From: Acidimicrobiia bacterium
GTDB lineage: Bacteria > Actinomycetota > Acidimicrobiia > Spongiisociales > Spongiisociaceae
DNA length: 64,000 nucleotides
Assembly: GCA_009838635.1 (NCBI GenBank)
Contig: VXRE01000049.1
Span: forward strand, 13,349 to 77,348
Direction of reading: 5' to 3'
Numbering within the stretch: position 1 is the first letter of the stretch; every line of letters begins with the position of its first letter. Both the position numbers and the translations under genes were made by a program. The notes beneath the pieces are model-generated. The model was not told where the DNA came from and ran no database searches. It was given only the letters and a program-made list of their open reading frames with translations. Shown here in pieces: positions 56,274 through 64,000 of this stretch.

Positions 56274-57542
56274 ATGAACGAACTGCTCGCCACGCTCCTT
56301 CCCTCCTTCACCCCCGAGCTCCGGGACGAGATGGTCGGCATGACCTGCGACCTCGTGGACATCCCCAGCCCCACCGGGGAGGAAGGCCCGATCGCCGACT
56401 ACGTGGCCCACCGGTTCCGGGAGATCGACGGGATGGACATCGAACTCCAAGAGGTGGAGCCCGACCGCTACAACGTGATCGGCCGCCTGAGAGGAAGCGG
56501 CCGGGGCCGCAGCCTCCTGCTTGGGGCGCACTTCGACACGGGCATGACCGGGAAGGATCCGGGAATGCCGTTCGGGCTGCTTCCCAAGGCGACGGTCGAG
56601 GACGGCGGCTGGATCTACGGCCTCGGGGTCTCCAACATGAAGTCGGCCTTCGCGGCCTACTACGGGGCCATCCGGGCCGTCCAGGAGGCGGACATCGAGC
56701 TACGGGGCGACATCATCATGGCCGGTGTGATCGGAGAGACCGAGAAGTCCCCCACCGACGAGTTCGCCGGACCGGCCTACCGGGCCGGCGGCTGGGGCAC
56801 CCTTTACGCCGCCCAGCACGGCGTGGTGGCGGACGCGGCCATTCTCGGCGAACCCACCGGGCTGAGGGTCCAGACCGGCAACTCGAGCTACATCTTCGCC
56901 AAGGTCACCACCAGGGGCATCTCCCGCCACACCTGGTCCAAGGAGCACGGTGACGACGCCATCGAGAAGGGGGTCCGGGTGCTGGACGCTCTCCGCGCCT
57001 GGGAACCGGAGTTCGCCGCTTCCCACGCTCACCCCACCATGGGAACGAGGATCGGATTCGGGGCGATCCGCGGCGGGAACCCCTTCCAACCGGCCGTCAA
57101 CCCGGCCCGCAGTTGCACCCTGTACCTCGACTTCCGCTTCCCCCCTACCGCGACCATCATGGAGATCCACCGACAGGTGCGGGGTTTCCTGGATGACCTG
57201 GCCGAGAAGGATCCCGCCCTGGCCACCGAACTCTCCTTCTTCCTGTGCCGCAACGGGTACGAGATCGGCGATGACGAGCCCCTGGTGCGGACGGTGGAGC
57301 GGGCCCATCGCGACGTGTTCGGCACCCCCTCCCACAAAGTGGAGCCGTACCGCTACGACGTGTCAGCCGACACTTCGATCCTCCACGAATACGGCGTGCC
57401 CGCCCTCACCTACGGTCCCGGCGGAATCCGCAAGGACGGCGTCTACGACGTCTACGACCAGTACGGGGAGATCGTCTCGATCGAGAACCTGGTCGATTGC
57501 ACCAAGGTCTACGCCAAGTGCATCGCCGAGATCTGCGGCTAG
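56274..57542 (+). CDS. M20-family metallopeptidase/amidohydrolase (ArgE/DapE/N-carbamoyl-L-amino-acid hydrolase-like)
   Basis: Metal ligands are in ..GAHFDTG.. and ..GETEKS... A dimerisation domain is present. Length is 422 aa, with GAAGGAGAA 6 nt upstream of the ATG. Confidence 0.75.
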   Translation: MNELLATLLPSFTPELRDEMVGMTCDLVDIPSPTGEEGPIADYVAHRFREIDGMDIELQEVEPDRYNVIGRLRGSGRGRSLLLGAHFDTGMTGKDPGMPFGLLPKATVEDGGWIYGLGVSNMKSAFAAYYGAIRAVQEADIELRGDIIMAGVIGETEKSPTDEFAGPAYRAGGWGTLYAAQHGVVADAAILGEPTGLRVQTGNSSYIFAKVTTRGISRHTWSKEHGDDAIEKGVRVLDALRAWEPEFAASHAHPTMGTRIGFGAIRGGNPFQPAVNPARSCTLYLDFRFPPTATIMEIHRQVRGFLDDLAEKDPALATELSFFLCRNGYEIGDDEPLVRTVERAHRDVFGTPSHKVEPYRYDVSADTSILHEYGVPALTYGPGGIRKDGVYDVYDQYGEIVSIENLVDCTKVYAKCIAEICG

Positions 57543-57559
57543 CCGGGATACGCTGACTG

Positions 57560-57569
57560 CTGTATACCG
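57560..57569. promoter_or_regulatory. CTGTATACCG (9/10 match to CTGTATACAG) in the 90-bp spacer upstream of the alpha/beta-hydrolase and hydantoinase genes. This is a putative operator.
   Basis: Read directly. Confidence 0.35.
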
Positions 57570-57632
57570 TATATCCGATCCCTATACTCGCTCCGTGAGC
57601 ACCGCGTCGAAGAGGTTCCTTGGAGGTCGGTC

Positions 57633-58559
57633 GTGAGGGTCGAGGAGGTCTCGTTCTACTCGGAGGGTGATCGCGTTTCGGCGATCCTCCGGCTTCCCGA
57701 CCGACGTGCGGACGCTCCTTACCCGGCTGTTGTCCAAGGGCCCGGCTGGCTGGGTCTCAAGGACGCCCAGCTCTACATCCCCTACCACGAAGCCCTCACC
57801 GCCGCCGGGATCGCGGTCCTCATCTTCGACTTCCGCGGCTTCGGTTCCTCCGAGGGGGCGAGTGACCTCTTGTTGCCCTCGCGCCAGCTGGAGGACCTGA
57901 TCAACGCGGTGACCTACGTCGCGTCGCGATCGGACATCGACGGGGACAGCATCGGCACCTTCGGCAGCGGCGGGACCGGCGGGGGTAACGCCATCATGCT
58001 GGCCGCGGCGGACTCACGCATCCGCTGCGCGGTCTCGCAGGTCCCGGTGGCCGACGGAGAGGACTGGCTGCGGCGGATGCGCCGGGAGTACGAGTGGTAC
58101 GAACTGCTGGAGTCCCTCCGCGCCGACCGGGCCGACCGGGTCCTGACGGGCAAGAGCCGGCTCGTCCATCCCCGCGAGGACATCATGCTCCAGACACCGG
58201 AGCGGAGGACCACGAAGGTGAAGAAGGACGTGGATTCCCGCGTCCCCACCCTGGTGCAGTTACGGAGCGTGGACGGGATACTCGCGTACAAGCCGATCGA
58301 GGTGGTCGGCAGTATCGAAGACGCTCCGCTCCTGATCGTCGGGGTGGAGGACGACCCGGTGACGCCCACCGACCACGCGGTAGCCCTCTACGAGCGCGCC
58401 CGCCCTCCCAAGAAGCTGCTCATGCAACGCCACACCACCCATTACGGCGCCTATGCGCAGTACGCGGACACGGTGGTTCCCCAGATCACCGACTGGTTCG
58501 GCGCGTACCTGCGCAGGGAACCCGTGACGATGGACCACGACCCGGGAGCGACGACATGA
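57633..58559 (+). CDS. Alpha/beta hydrolase (dienelactone-hydrolase / CocE-NonD-like)
   Basis: LIFDFRGFGSSEG is followed by a GSGGTGGG region where a nucleophile elbow is expected. A GTG start lies after GGAGG. Confidence 0.55.
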   Translation: MRVEEVSFYSEGDRVSAILRLPDRRADAPYPAVVQGPGWLGLKDAQLYIPYHEALTAAGIAVLIFDFRGFGSSEGASDLLLPSRQLEDLINAVTYVASRSDIDGDSIGTFGSGGTGGGNAIMLAAADSRIRCAVSQVPVADGEDWLRRMRREYEWYELLESLRADRADRVLTGKSRLVHPREDIMLQTPERRTTKVKKDVDSRVPTLVQLRSVDGILAYKPIEVVGSIEDAPLLIVGVEDDPVTPTDHAVALYERARPPKKLLMQRHTTHYGAYAQYADTVVPQITDWFGAYLRREPVTMDHDPGATT

Positions 58560-59929
58560 CATACGATCTGGCGGTGGTCGGAGGAACCCTCGTATCCGGC
58601 TCGGGCCGGCAGCGGGCGGACATCGGGGTCTCCGGCGGGCGGATCGTCGAGGTAACCACCGGTAACGGAGCCGGCTTGGAGGCGAAGCAGGTGGTGGACG
58701 CCACCGGCAAGCTGGTGCTGCCCGGCATGGTGGACGTCCACGTCCACACCCGGGAGCCCGGCTACACCCACAAGGAAGACCTGATCACCTGCACCGAGGC
58801 CGCTGCCGCCGGCGGGGTGACGACCATCTTCGGGATGCCCAACCTGGATCCCCCCACCGTGACCAGGACGTATCTTGAGGAGGTCCTCGACCTCTACCGG
58901 GCCAGGAGCATCGTGGACTACAACCACAATCCGGTGCCCGCCCACGGCGAGACCGAGGCCATGGCCGCGGCCGGGGTGGCGGCCTTCAAGGTGTACATGG
59001 TGGTGGACACCGGCCGCACTTATCCCCATCCGGCCGGCACGGGGATCCACGACCACGGCCACCTGCTACAGATGTTCGAGGACGTGGAGGAGACGGGACG
59101 GGTGTTCATGGTCCACCCCCACGACCAGGCCCTGATGGATCACGTCGAGCAGGGATACTGGAAGAGGGGGGACCGCAGCCCGGAGGCATACGCCAAGACC
59201 CTGGCCGCGTACGACGGCATCATCTGGGACACCGCCACCGCCACCCTGCTGCGGATGGCCAAGGCCACCGGCTGCCGCCTCCACATCGTCCACGTCCAGA
59301 CCATCGAGGGGATCGAGATGATCCGCCGGGCCAAGGACGAGGGCGTCAGGGTCACGGGCGAGGTGAACCACTGGGCACTGTTCCTCGGCACGTGGAAAGA
59401 CGTGCTCGAGTTAGGGCCCTACTGCCTGTCCTACTGGGTGCCCGACCACCACCGGGCCGCCATCTGGGACGCGCTGGCTGACGGCACGATCGACATCGTC
59501 TCCTCGGATCACGCTCCCCATACCCGGGCGGAGAAGGACGTGGGCTGGGAGGACATGTGGGCCGCCCACACCGGCACTCCCGGAATCCAGCACCAGGTGC
59601 CCCTGCTGCTCGACGCCGCACACGGGGGAAGGCTCACGCTGGAGCGAGTGGTCGAGCTGACGGCCGAAGCGCCCGCCCGGTGCTTCGACATCGGTTCCAA
59701 GGGTTACCTCCGGCCGGGCTTCGACGCCGACCTGCTGATCGTCGACCCCACCAAGAAGTGGACCATCCGCAATGAGGACGTGCTGTCCAAGATCGGATGG
59801 ACCCCCTACGACGGCCGGCAGGTGGTCGGGGCGGTGGAACGCACGTTCCTGAGGGGTGTCGAGATCTACGGTGACGGGACGGTCAAGGGGAGACCAGGAT
59901 TCGGGCGCCACGTGAAACCCAGCGACTAG
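58556..59929 (+). CDS. Cyclic amidohydrolase of the dihydropyrimidinase/hydantoinase/allantoinase family
   Basis: MTYDLAVVGGTLV...PGMVDVHVHTREPG (HxH), the carboxylated-Lys region, and ..SSDHAPH.. are present. Its ATG overlaps the upstream stop (ATGA). Confidence 0.8.
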   Translation: MTYDLAVVGGTLVSGSGRQRADIGVSGGRIVEVTTGNGAGLEAKQVVDATGKLVLPGMVDVHVHTREPGYTHKEDLITCTEAAAAGGVTTIFGMPNLDPPTVTRTYLEEVLDLYRARSIVDYNHNPVPAHGETEAMAAAGVAAFKVYMVVDTGRTYPHPAGTGIHDHGHLLQMFEDVEETGRVFMVHPHDQALMDHVEQGYWKRGDRSPEAYAKTLAAYDGIIWDTATATLLRMAKATGCRLHIVHVQTIEGIEMIRRAKDEGVRVTGEVNHWALFLGTWKDVLELGPYCLSYWVPDHHRAAIWDALADGTIDIVSSDHAPHTRAEKDVGWEDMWAAHTGTPGIQHQVPLLLDAAHGGRLTLERVVELTAEAPARCFDIGSKGYLRPGFDADLLIVDPTKKWTIRNEDVLSKIGWTPYDGRQVVGAVERTFLRGVEIYGDGTVKGRPGFGRHVKPSD

Positions 59930-59942
59930 AAGAGGAACCGTC

Positions 59943-60935
59943 ATGAAATTCGGCCTGCTCCTGCCTCACTTCGGCATGTACGCCAACCGCGAGCGCATCC
60001 TGACCGGTTCCCGGCTCGCCGAAGAGTTGGGATTCGACTCCCTCTGGGTCCGGGACCATCTGGTGTTCGAACCACACGCAGAACTCGAGAACCCCAACAT
60101 CGTCTTCTACGAGGCCCTCGTTACCCTCACCGCGGTCGGCGCCGTAACCGACCGCATCACCTTGGGGACCGGATCCCTCATCCCCTTCCGCCATCCGATC
60201 CACACCGCGCTGTCGGTCGGGTCGCTCGCCCAGCTGGTCGGCGATCGGATCATCCTCGGCTACGGAGCCGGCACCTTCGACCACGAGTTCGAGGCCATCG
60301 GGATGCCGGGCATCTTCCGTCCCGAACTGGTCGAGTCCAACGCCAACATCCTCAAGCGCCTGTTCGCCGAGGACCGGGTCGACTACCAGGATGCCCATTA
60401 CAAGCTGGAGGGGATCTCGATCGAGCCGAAACCCCCCGCTCCGATTCCCTTCTGGTATTGCGGATCGACCCCGGCCTCGGCCCGCAGGGCGGTGCGCTAC
60501 TGCGACGGCTGGATGCCGGGAAGGACCACCCTGCCCACCATCGCCAAGCGGGTGGAGGCGATGGACAAGATGGCGGCCGAGGCAGGCCGCTCCCGGCCTA
60601 CGGTCGCCGTGATCCCCCCGACCTCGATCTCCAAGACCCGCGAGGAGGCGTTCGATGGCCTCAACATCGACGGGCATCGACGCTGGGCGAACGAACGCGG
60701 CATGTGGTGGGTGAAGCCTCCCTCGGGTGTCTTCGAGACGGCCAAGGACATCGAAGGCTCCTTGATAGCGGGGTCACCCGATGACGTGGTGGAGGAGGTC
60801 GTCAAGTTCGCCGCCGTCGAGGTGGAACACCTCGTATTCGACCTCCGGCTCAGGTTCGACCGCTGGTTCGAATCGATAGAGTTGCTCGGCTACCGGGTAC
60901 TCCCGCAGTTGAGGGAGCTGGGCCTGGCGGAGTAA
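59943..60935 (+). CDS. LLM-class flavin/F420-dependent oxidoreductase (copy 3)
   Basis: MKFGLLLPHFGMYAN...GFDSLWVRDH matches the profile of the other two LLM genes. Confidence 0.7.
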   Translation: MKFGLLLPHFGMYANRERILTGSRLAEELGFDSLWVRDHLVFEPHAELENPNIVFYEALVTLTAVGAVTDRITLGTGSLIPFRHPIHTALSVGSLAQLVGDRIILGYGAGTFDHEFEAIGMPGIFRPELVESNANILKRLFAEDRVDYQDAHYKLEGISIEPKPPAPIPFWYCGSTPASARRAVRYCDGWMPGRTTLPTIAKRVEAMDKMAAEAGRSRPTVAVIPPTSISKTREEAFDGLNIDGHRRWANERGMWWVKPPSGVFETAKDIEGSLIAGSPDDVVEEVVKFAAVEVEHLVFDLRLRFDRWFESIELLGYRVLPQLRELGLAE

Positions 60936-61010
60936 CCCGAGGCCAGCCCGGTGCTCGTGCGTTGACGGCGCGGCGTCGTCGGCATTGGAATCAACCGTCT
61001 GGACCGGGTC

Positions 61011-62243
61011 ATGGACTCAGATCTGAACATCGCCGAGCCGGACCTTCCTCCGAGCAAGCCGCTAAGCCTGCTCTTCGGGAGGAACTTCGGACCCTATTTC
61101 CTCGGCAACCTCATGTCGAACATGGGCACCTGGATCCAGAACATCGCCCTCGCGCTCCTGATCTTCCGGCTCACGGGTTCTACCTTCCTGGTCGCGATGA
61201 CGACCTTCTCCCAGTTCCTGGGCATCATCGTCCTCGCCCCTTGGACCGGGTCGGTCGCCGACCGGTTCGACCGGCGCGGCCTGATCGTCCTGACGCAGGT
61301 ACTGGCCACGGCGGCCGGAGGGATGCTGGCGCTGATCACCTATCTGGACCTGGTGACCCCGGCGTGGCTGCTGGGAACGGCTCTCGCTTTCAGCATCACC
61401 AAGGCCTTCGTGCTCCCGGCACAGCAGGCGCTGGTGCCGCAGCTGGTCGAGCGGAAGGACCTGCAGGCTGCGGTGGCCCTGAACGCGATCACCTTCAACC
61501 TGGCCCGAGCCGTCGGACCGGTGATAGGCGCGGGGGTCATCCTGACCCTCGGCTTCACCTGGGCGTTCTCGATCAACGCCCTCTCCTACCTGTCCCTGGC
61601 GGCGGCGGTGATGATCGTCAAGGTCGACCCGCGCAGGCGCCATAGGCCCGCGGAGCGCACCACCCTCAGGGAGACGATCCGCCTGGTCAGGAAGGACCCC
61701 ATCATCGGTCCGCTGCTCATCGCCATCGCCGCCGTCTCGGTAGCGGTCGATCCGGTGAGCAACCTGACCCCGGCGTTCACCGTTGAGATCTACGGGAGGC
61801 CCGACACGTTCACCGGCGTGCTCATCGGGGTGTTCGGCCTGGGTGCAGCGCTCACCGCCGGCCTGGTGATCACCCGGATACGGGCTTCGTTCCGGAGCAT
61901 CGCGCTGGGGATGACCGGGCTGGGCCTGTCGATCGCAGCATTCGGGATGTCCTCCCACCCGAACATGGGTATCGCCGCGCTGTTCGCCGGAGGAATCATG
62001 TACATCGTCTCGGTGAGCCTGTCGACAACCCTGGTGCAGATCAACACGGCGGAAGACCACCGAGGCCGGGTCATGGCCTTGTGGGGCGTGGCCTTCCTGG
62101 GACTCCGGCCCGTGGCCAGCCTCATCGACGGTTCCGTCGCCACCCTCGTCAACGTCAGGGTGGCGGCGCTCGTCATGGCTGTGCCCGTCCTGATCGGGGC
62201 GGCCTCTCTGGCCAGGCATAACAGGCGCTCCGGACAGCCGTAA
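61011..62243 (+). CDS. MFS transporter (12 TM)
   Basis: It is hydrophobic throughout and carries the MFS motif ..DRFDRRGL.. after TM2. Confidence 0.7.
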   Translation: MDSDLNIAEPDLPPSKPLSLLFGRNFGPYFLGNLMSNMGTWIQNIALALLIFRLTGSTFLVAMTTFSQFLGIIVLAPWTGSVADRFDRRGLIVLTQVLATAAGGMLALITYLDLVTPAWLLGTALAFSITKAFVLPAQQALVPQLVERKDLQAAVALNAITFNLARAVGPVIGAGVILTLGFTWAFSINALSYLSLAAAVMIVKVDPRRRHRPAERTTLRETIRLVRKDPIIGPLLIAIAAVSVAVDPVSNLTPAFTVEIYGRPDTFTGVLIGVFGLGAALTAGLVITRIRASFRSIALGMTGLGLSIAAFGMSSHPNMGIAALFAGGIMYIVSVSLSTTLVQINTAEDHRGRVMALWGVAFLGLRPVASLIDGSVATLVNVRVAALVMAVPVLIGAASLARHNRRSGQP

Positions 62244-62420
62244 CCGAGGGCTCGGCGCGAGGTTGATGCTTGAGAAACCCGGCGCCCGCCGCCTCGGTGT
62301 TGACGACGATCCCTGCGTTCCGGGCCGTTTCGAGTAACTTACCTGGGCGGTGAGACAGGTCGTGGTCGCAGTCGCCAGTAGCCCATTCATGCTGGATTGT
62401 CGCCGGTACCGGCTTGGCCG

Positions 62421-63752
62421 ATGATCTGTAGTTTCTGCGGAACCCGGGCGGAAGACGCCGGAAACCTGGTCATGGGCGAGGCCGGCGCCGCCATCTGTGA
62501 TGCCTGCGTGGACCTCGCGGTGGGCCTCGTGCGGGAGCAGGCGACGCCGATCGGCAACATGGTGCTGGACAACATCGGCACGCTGGCTACCAACGATCGG
62601 CGTTTCCCCGGCTTGCTGGGTCTCGTAACGGATGCGGCCGTGGCGATCCGCAACGGCCTGGTGGTCTGGGCCGGGCCCTCGGAACGAACACCCCAGGGAC
62701 TCCGGTCTCTTCCCAGCCTGGACTGCGGGGGTCGGGCGGTGCTTCCGGGACTGGTGGACGCCCACACCCATCTGGCGTTCACAGGCGACCGGAGCGAGGA
62801 GTTCGTGCTCAGGAGCTCCGGCACACCTGAAGCCCGCGCGGTTGCCCGCTCCGGTAGCGCCACGACAGCCCGCCTCAGCCACCTAGCGGATGCCTCCCGG
62901 ATCACCGACGTGATCGGCCGGCGGCTGAACCGCATGCTCGACTTCGGAGTCACCACGGTCGAAGCATCCGGCGGGTATTCGAACGACTACGAAAGGGAGT
63001 TGGCTCTCATCGACACGGTGGTCGAAGCGGGCCGGCGCCACGTGGTTGACCTGGTACCCACGTTCGACGTATCGGGTTTGCCGGTCACCGCATCCGACCG
63101 TTCGAGGACTCTGGATGAGGTGGCCGAGCTACACCTTCCCGTGGCGGCCACGCTGGGAGCCGCGGTGCGGTTGTCGCTCGGATCCGACGCTCTGACCACC
63201 GAGGAGGCACGCCGTCTCATCGGGGTTGCCGCAGGCCTCGGGACCCGAACCCGCATACACCATCGAGGCCAGACCCCGGATGTGTACAGCTTGGCATTGG
63301 AGACCTCCGCCCCGGTGGTCGACCACGCAGGATTTCCCGACCAGGACCAGGCCGGGCAGATGGCCGAAACGGGTATCAGTGTGGTGATCACCCCCACTGC
63401 GGTGCTCGGCACCCGCCGCTCCCCCGCCTCACTTCGCAGGCTGATGGAGAGAGGCGTCCCGTTGGGACTGGGAACCGACTGCAGCCCGGCGCCGGTAATG
63501 GTGGAGTCGCTACCCCTCGCCATCACCCTGGCCGTGACCGAGATGGGGCTGACCTCCGACCAGGCCATCTGGGCGGCGACACTGGGCAGCGCTCGGGCGC
63601 TGGGCCTGGGCGACCGGGGCTGGTTGGGCCACGGCGCGGTGGCCGATCTCGTCGTTCTCGACGCTCCCAGCCCCACCCACCTTCCCTACCGGCCGGGCAC
63701 CAACCTGGTCTGGAAGGTACTCAAGGCAGGCGAGGTGGTGGTCAGCAGGTAA
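62421..63752 (+). CDS. Amidohydrolase (imidazolonepropionase/HutI-like metal-dependent hydrolase) with an N-terminal ClpX-type C4 zinc-finger domain
   Basis: The N-terminus [30 protein letters not shown] matches the ClpX zinc-binding domain (CSFCGK...ICDECVDL). The downstream [13 protein letters not shown] is an HxH amidohydrolase motif. An alternative TTG start lies at 62397. Confidence 0.7.
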   Translation: MICSFCGTRAEDAGNLVMGEAGAAICDACVDLAVGLVREQATPIGNMVLDNIGTLATNDRRFPGLLGLVTDAAVAIRNGLVVWAGPSERTPQGLRSLPSLDCGGRAVLPGLVDAHTHLAFTGDRSEEFVLRSSGTPEARAVARSGSATTARLSHLADASRITDVIGRRLNRMLDFGVTTVEASGGYSNDYERELALIDTVVEAGRRHVVDLVPTFDVSGLPVTASDRSRTLDEVAELHLPVAATLGAAVRLSLGSDALTTEEARRLIGVAAGLGTRTRIHHRGQTPDVYSLALETSAPVVDHAGFPDQDQAGQMAETGISVVITPTAVLGTRRSPASLRRLMERGVPLGLGTDCSPAPVMVESLPLAITLAVTEMGLTSDQAIWAATLGSARALGLGDRGWLGHGAVADLVVLDAPSPTHLPYRPGTNLVWKVLKAGEVVVSR

Positions 63753-63793
63753 CCGGAGGGCCTGTGCGAGGATCAGGGGTAACCTCCCGGTCG

Positions 63794-64000
63794 ATGTCCC
63801 TTCCCTCCGCGCTCGGGCACGAGCACCCTATCGGCATGGCGCACCGGGGATCCGGGTTGCTTTGGCCCGAGAACACGATGGTCGCCTTCCAGGGCGCGGT
63901 GGATCTCGGCTACAGATACCTGGAGACCGACCTCCAGATCACCCGGGACGGCATACTGGTCACCATCCACGACGACACGGTCGACCGCACCACCGACGGC
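63794..64000 (+). CDS. Glycerophosphodiester phosphodiesterase (GDPD) family protein, 3' end truncated by the window
   Basis: [51 protein letters not shown] shows the HRG...ENT...ETDL...HD GDPD catalytic motifs. Confidence 0.65.
   Translation, partial: MSLPSALGHEHPIGMAHRGSGLLWPENTMVAFQGAVDLGYRYLETDLQITRDGILVTIHDDTVDRTTDG

Noticed and set aside
1-64000. Search for CRISPR arrays, rRNA or tRNA genes, integrases or transposases, and phage structural genes
   Set aside because: None was found. There are no spacer-repeat arrays and no recombinase-like ORFs. All non-coding gaps are under 310 bp.

Overview
This is a high-GC (about 67%) bacterial chromosome segment, probably actinobacterial-type, that is almost entirely coding. 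I find no rRNA, tRNA, CRISPR array or obvious transposase or phage gene.

Gene content by region:
- 1-5.1 kb: a signalling module made of a REC-PP2C response regulator, an RsbW-like GHKL kinase, a periplasmic-binding lipoprotein and a sensor histidine kinase.
- 5.5-14.6 kb: two paralogous dimethylglycine/sarcosine-dehydrogenase-family genes bracketing a MocR regulator, a class-III aminotransferase and an alanine dehydrogenase.
- 14.9-18.5 kb (minus strand): an amidohydrolase, MBL hydrolase, membrane protein and rhodanese operon.
- 18.6-29.8 kb: an FCD-GntR regulator followed by hyuA, hyuB, two tandem pairs of TPP-dependent E1 alpha/beta dehydrogenase subunits, and a lone molybdenum-hydroxylase large subunit.
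- 29.8-47.7 kb: an ADH, MFS transporter, ABC ATPase, winged-helix regulator plus membrane protein, a frameshifted nitrilase, an alpha/beta hydrolase, three LLM-class oxidoreductases, a NitT/TauT-type ABC transporter, and a nitrilase-like pseudoenzyme coupled to an amidase.
- 47.8-64 kb: a Phd/PIN toxin-antitoxin pair, a PhyH dioxygenase, a permease, a complete CoxM-S-L-type molybdenum hydroxylase, a DoxX protein, a hydantoin-utilisation-like cluster (M20 carbamoylase-like, alpha/beta hydrolase, cyclic amidohydrolase), an MFS transporter, a ClpX-zinc-finger-amidohydrolase fusion and a partial GDPD.

The most unusual signals are:
- a near-identical 999-bp in-frame tandem duplication that creates a two-domain substrate-binding lipoprotein;
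- a recurring CTGTATACAG palindrome in several promoters;
- a 14-bp-inverted-repeat-flanked insert between E1 alpha and beta genes;
- a catalytic-Cys-less nitrilase homologue;
- the ClpX-ZBD fusion.

Many long overlapping ORFs in the six-frame track are high-GC antisense artefacts and are not reported.
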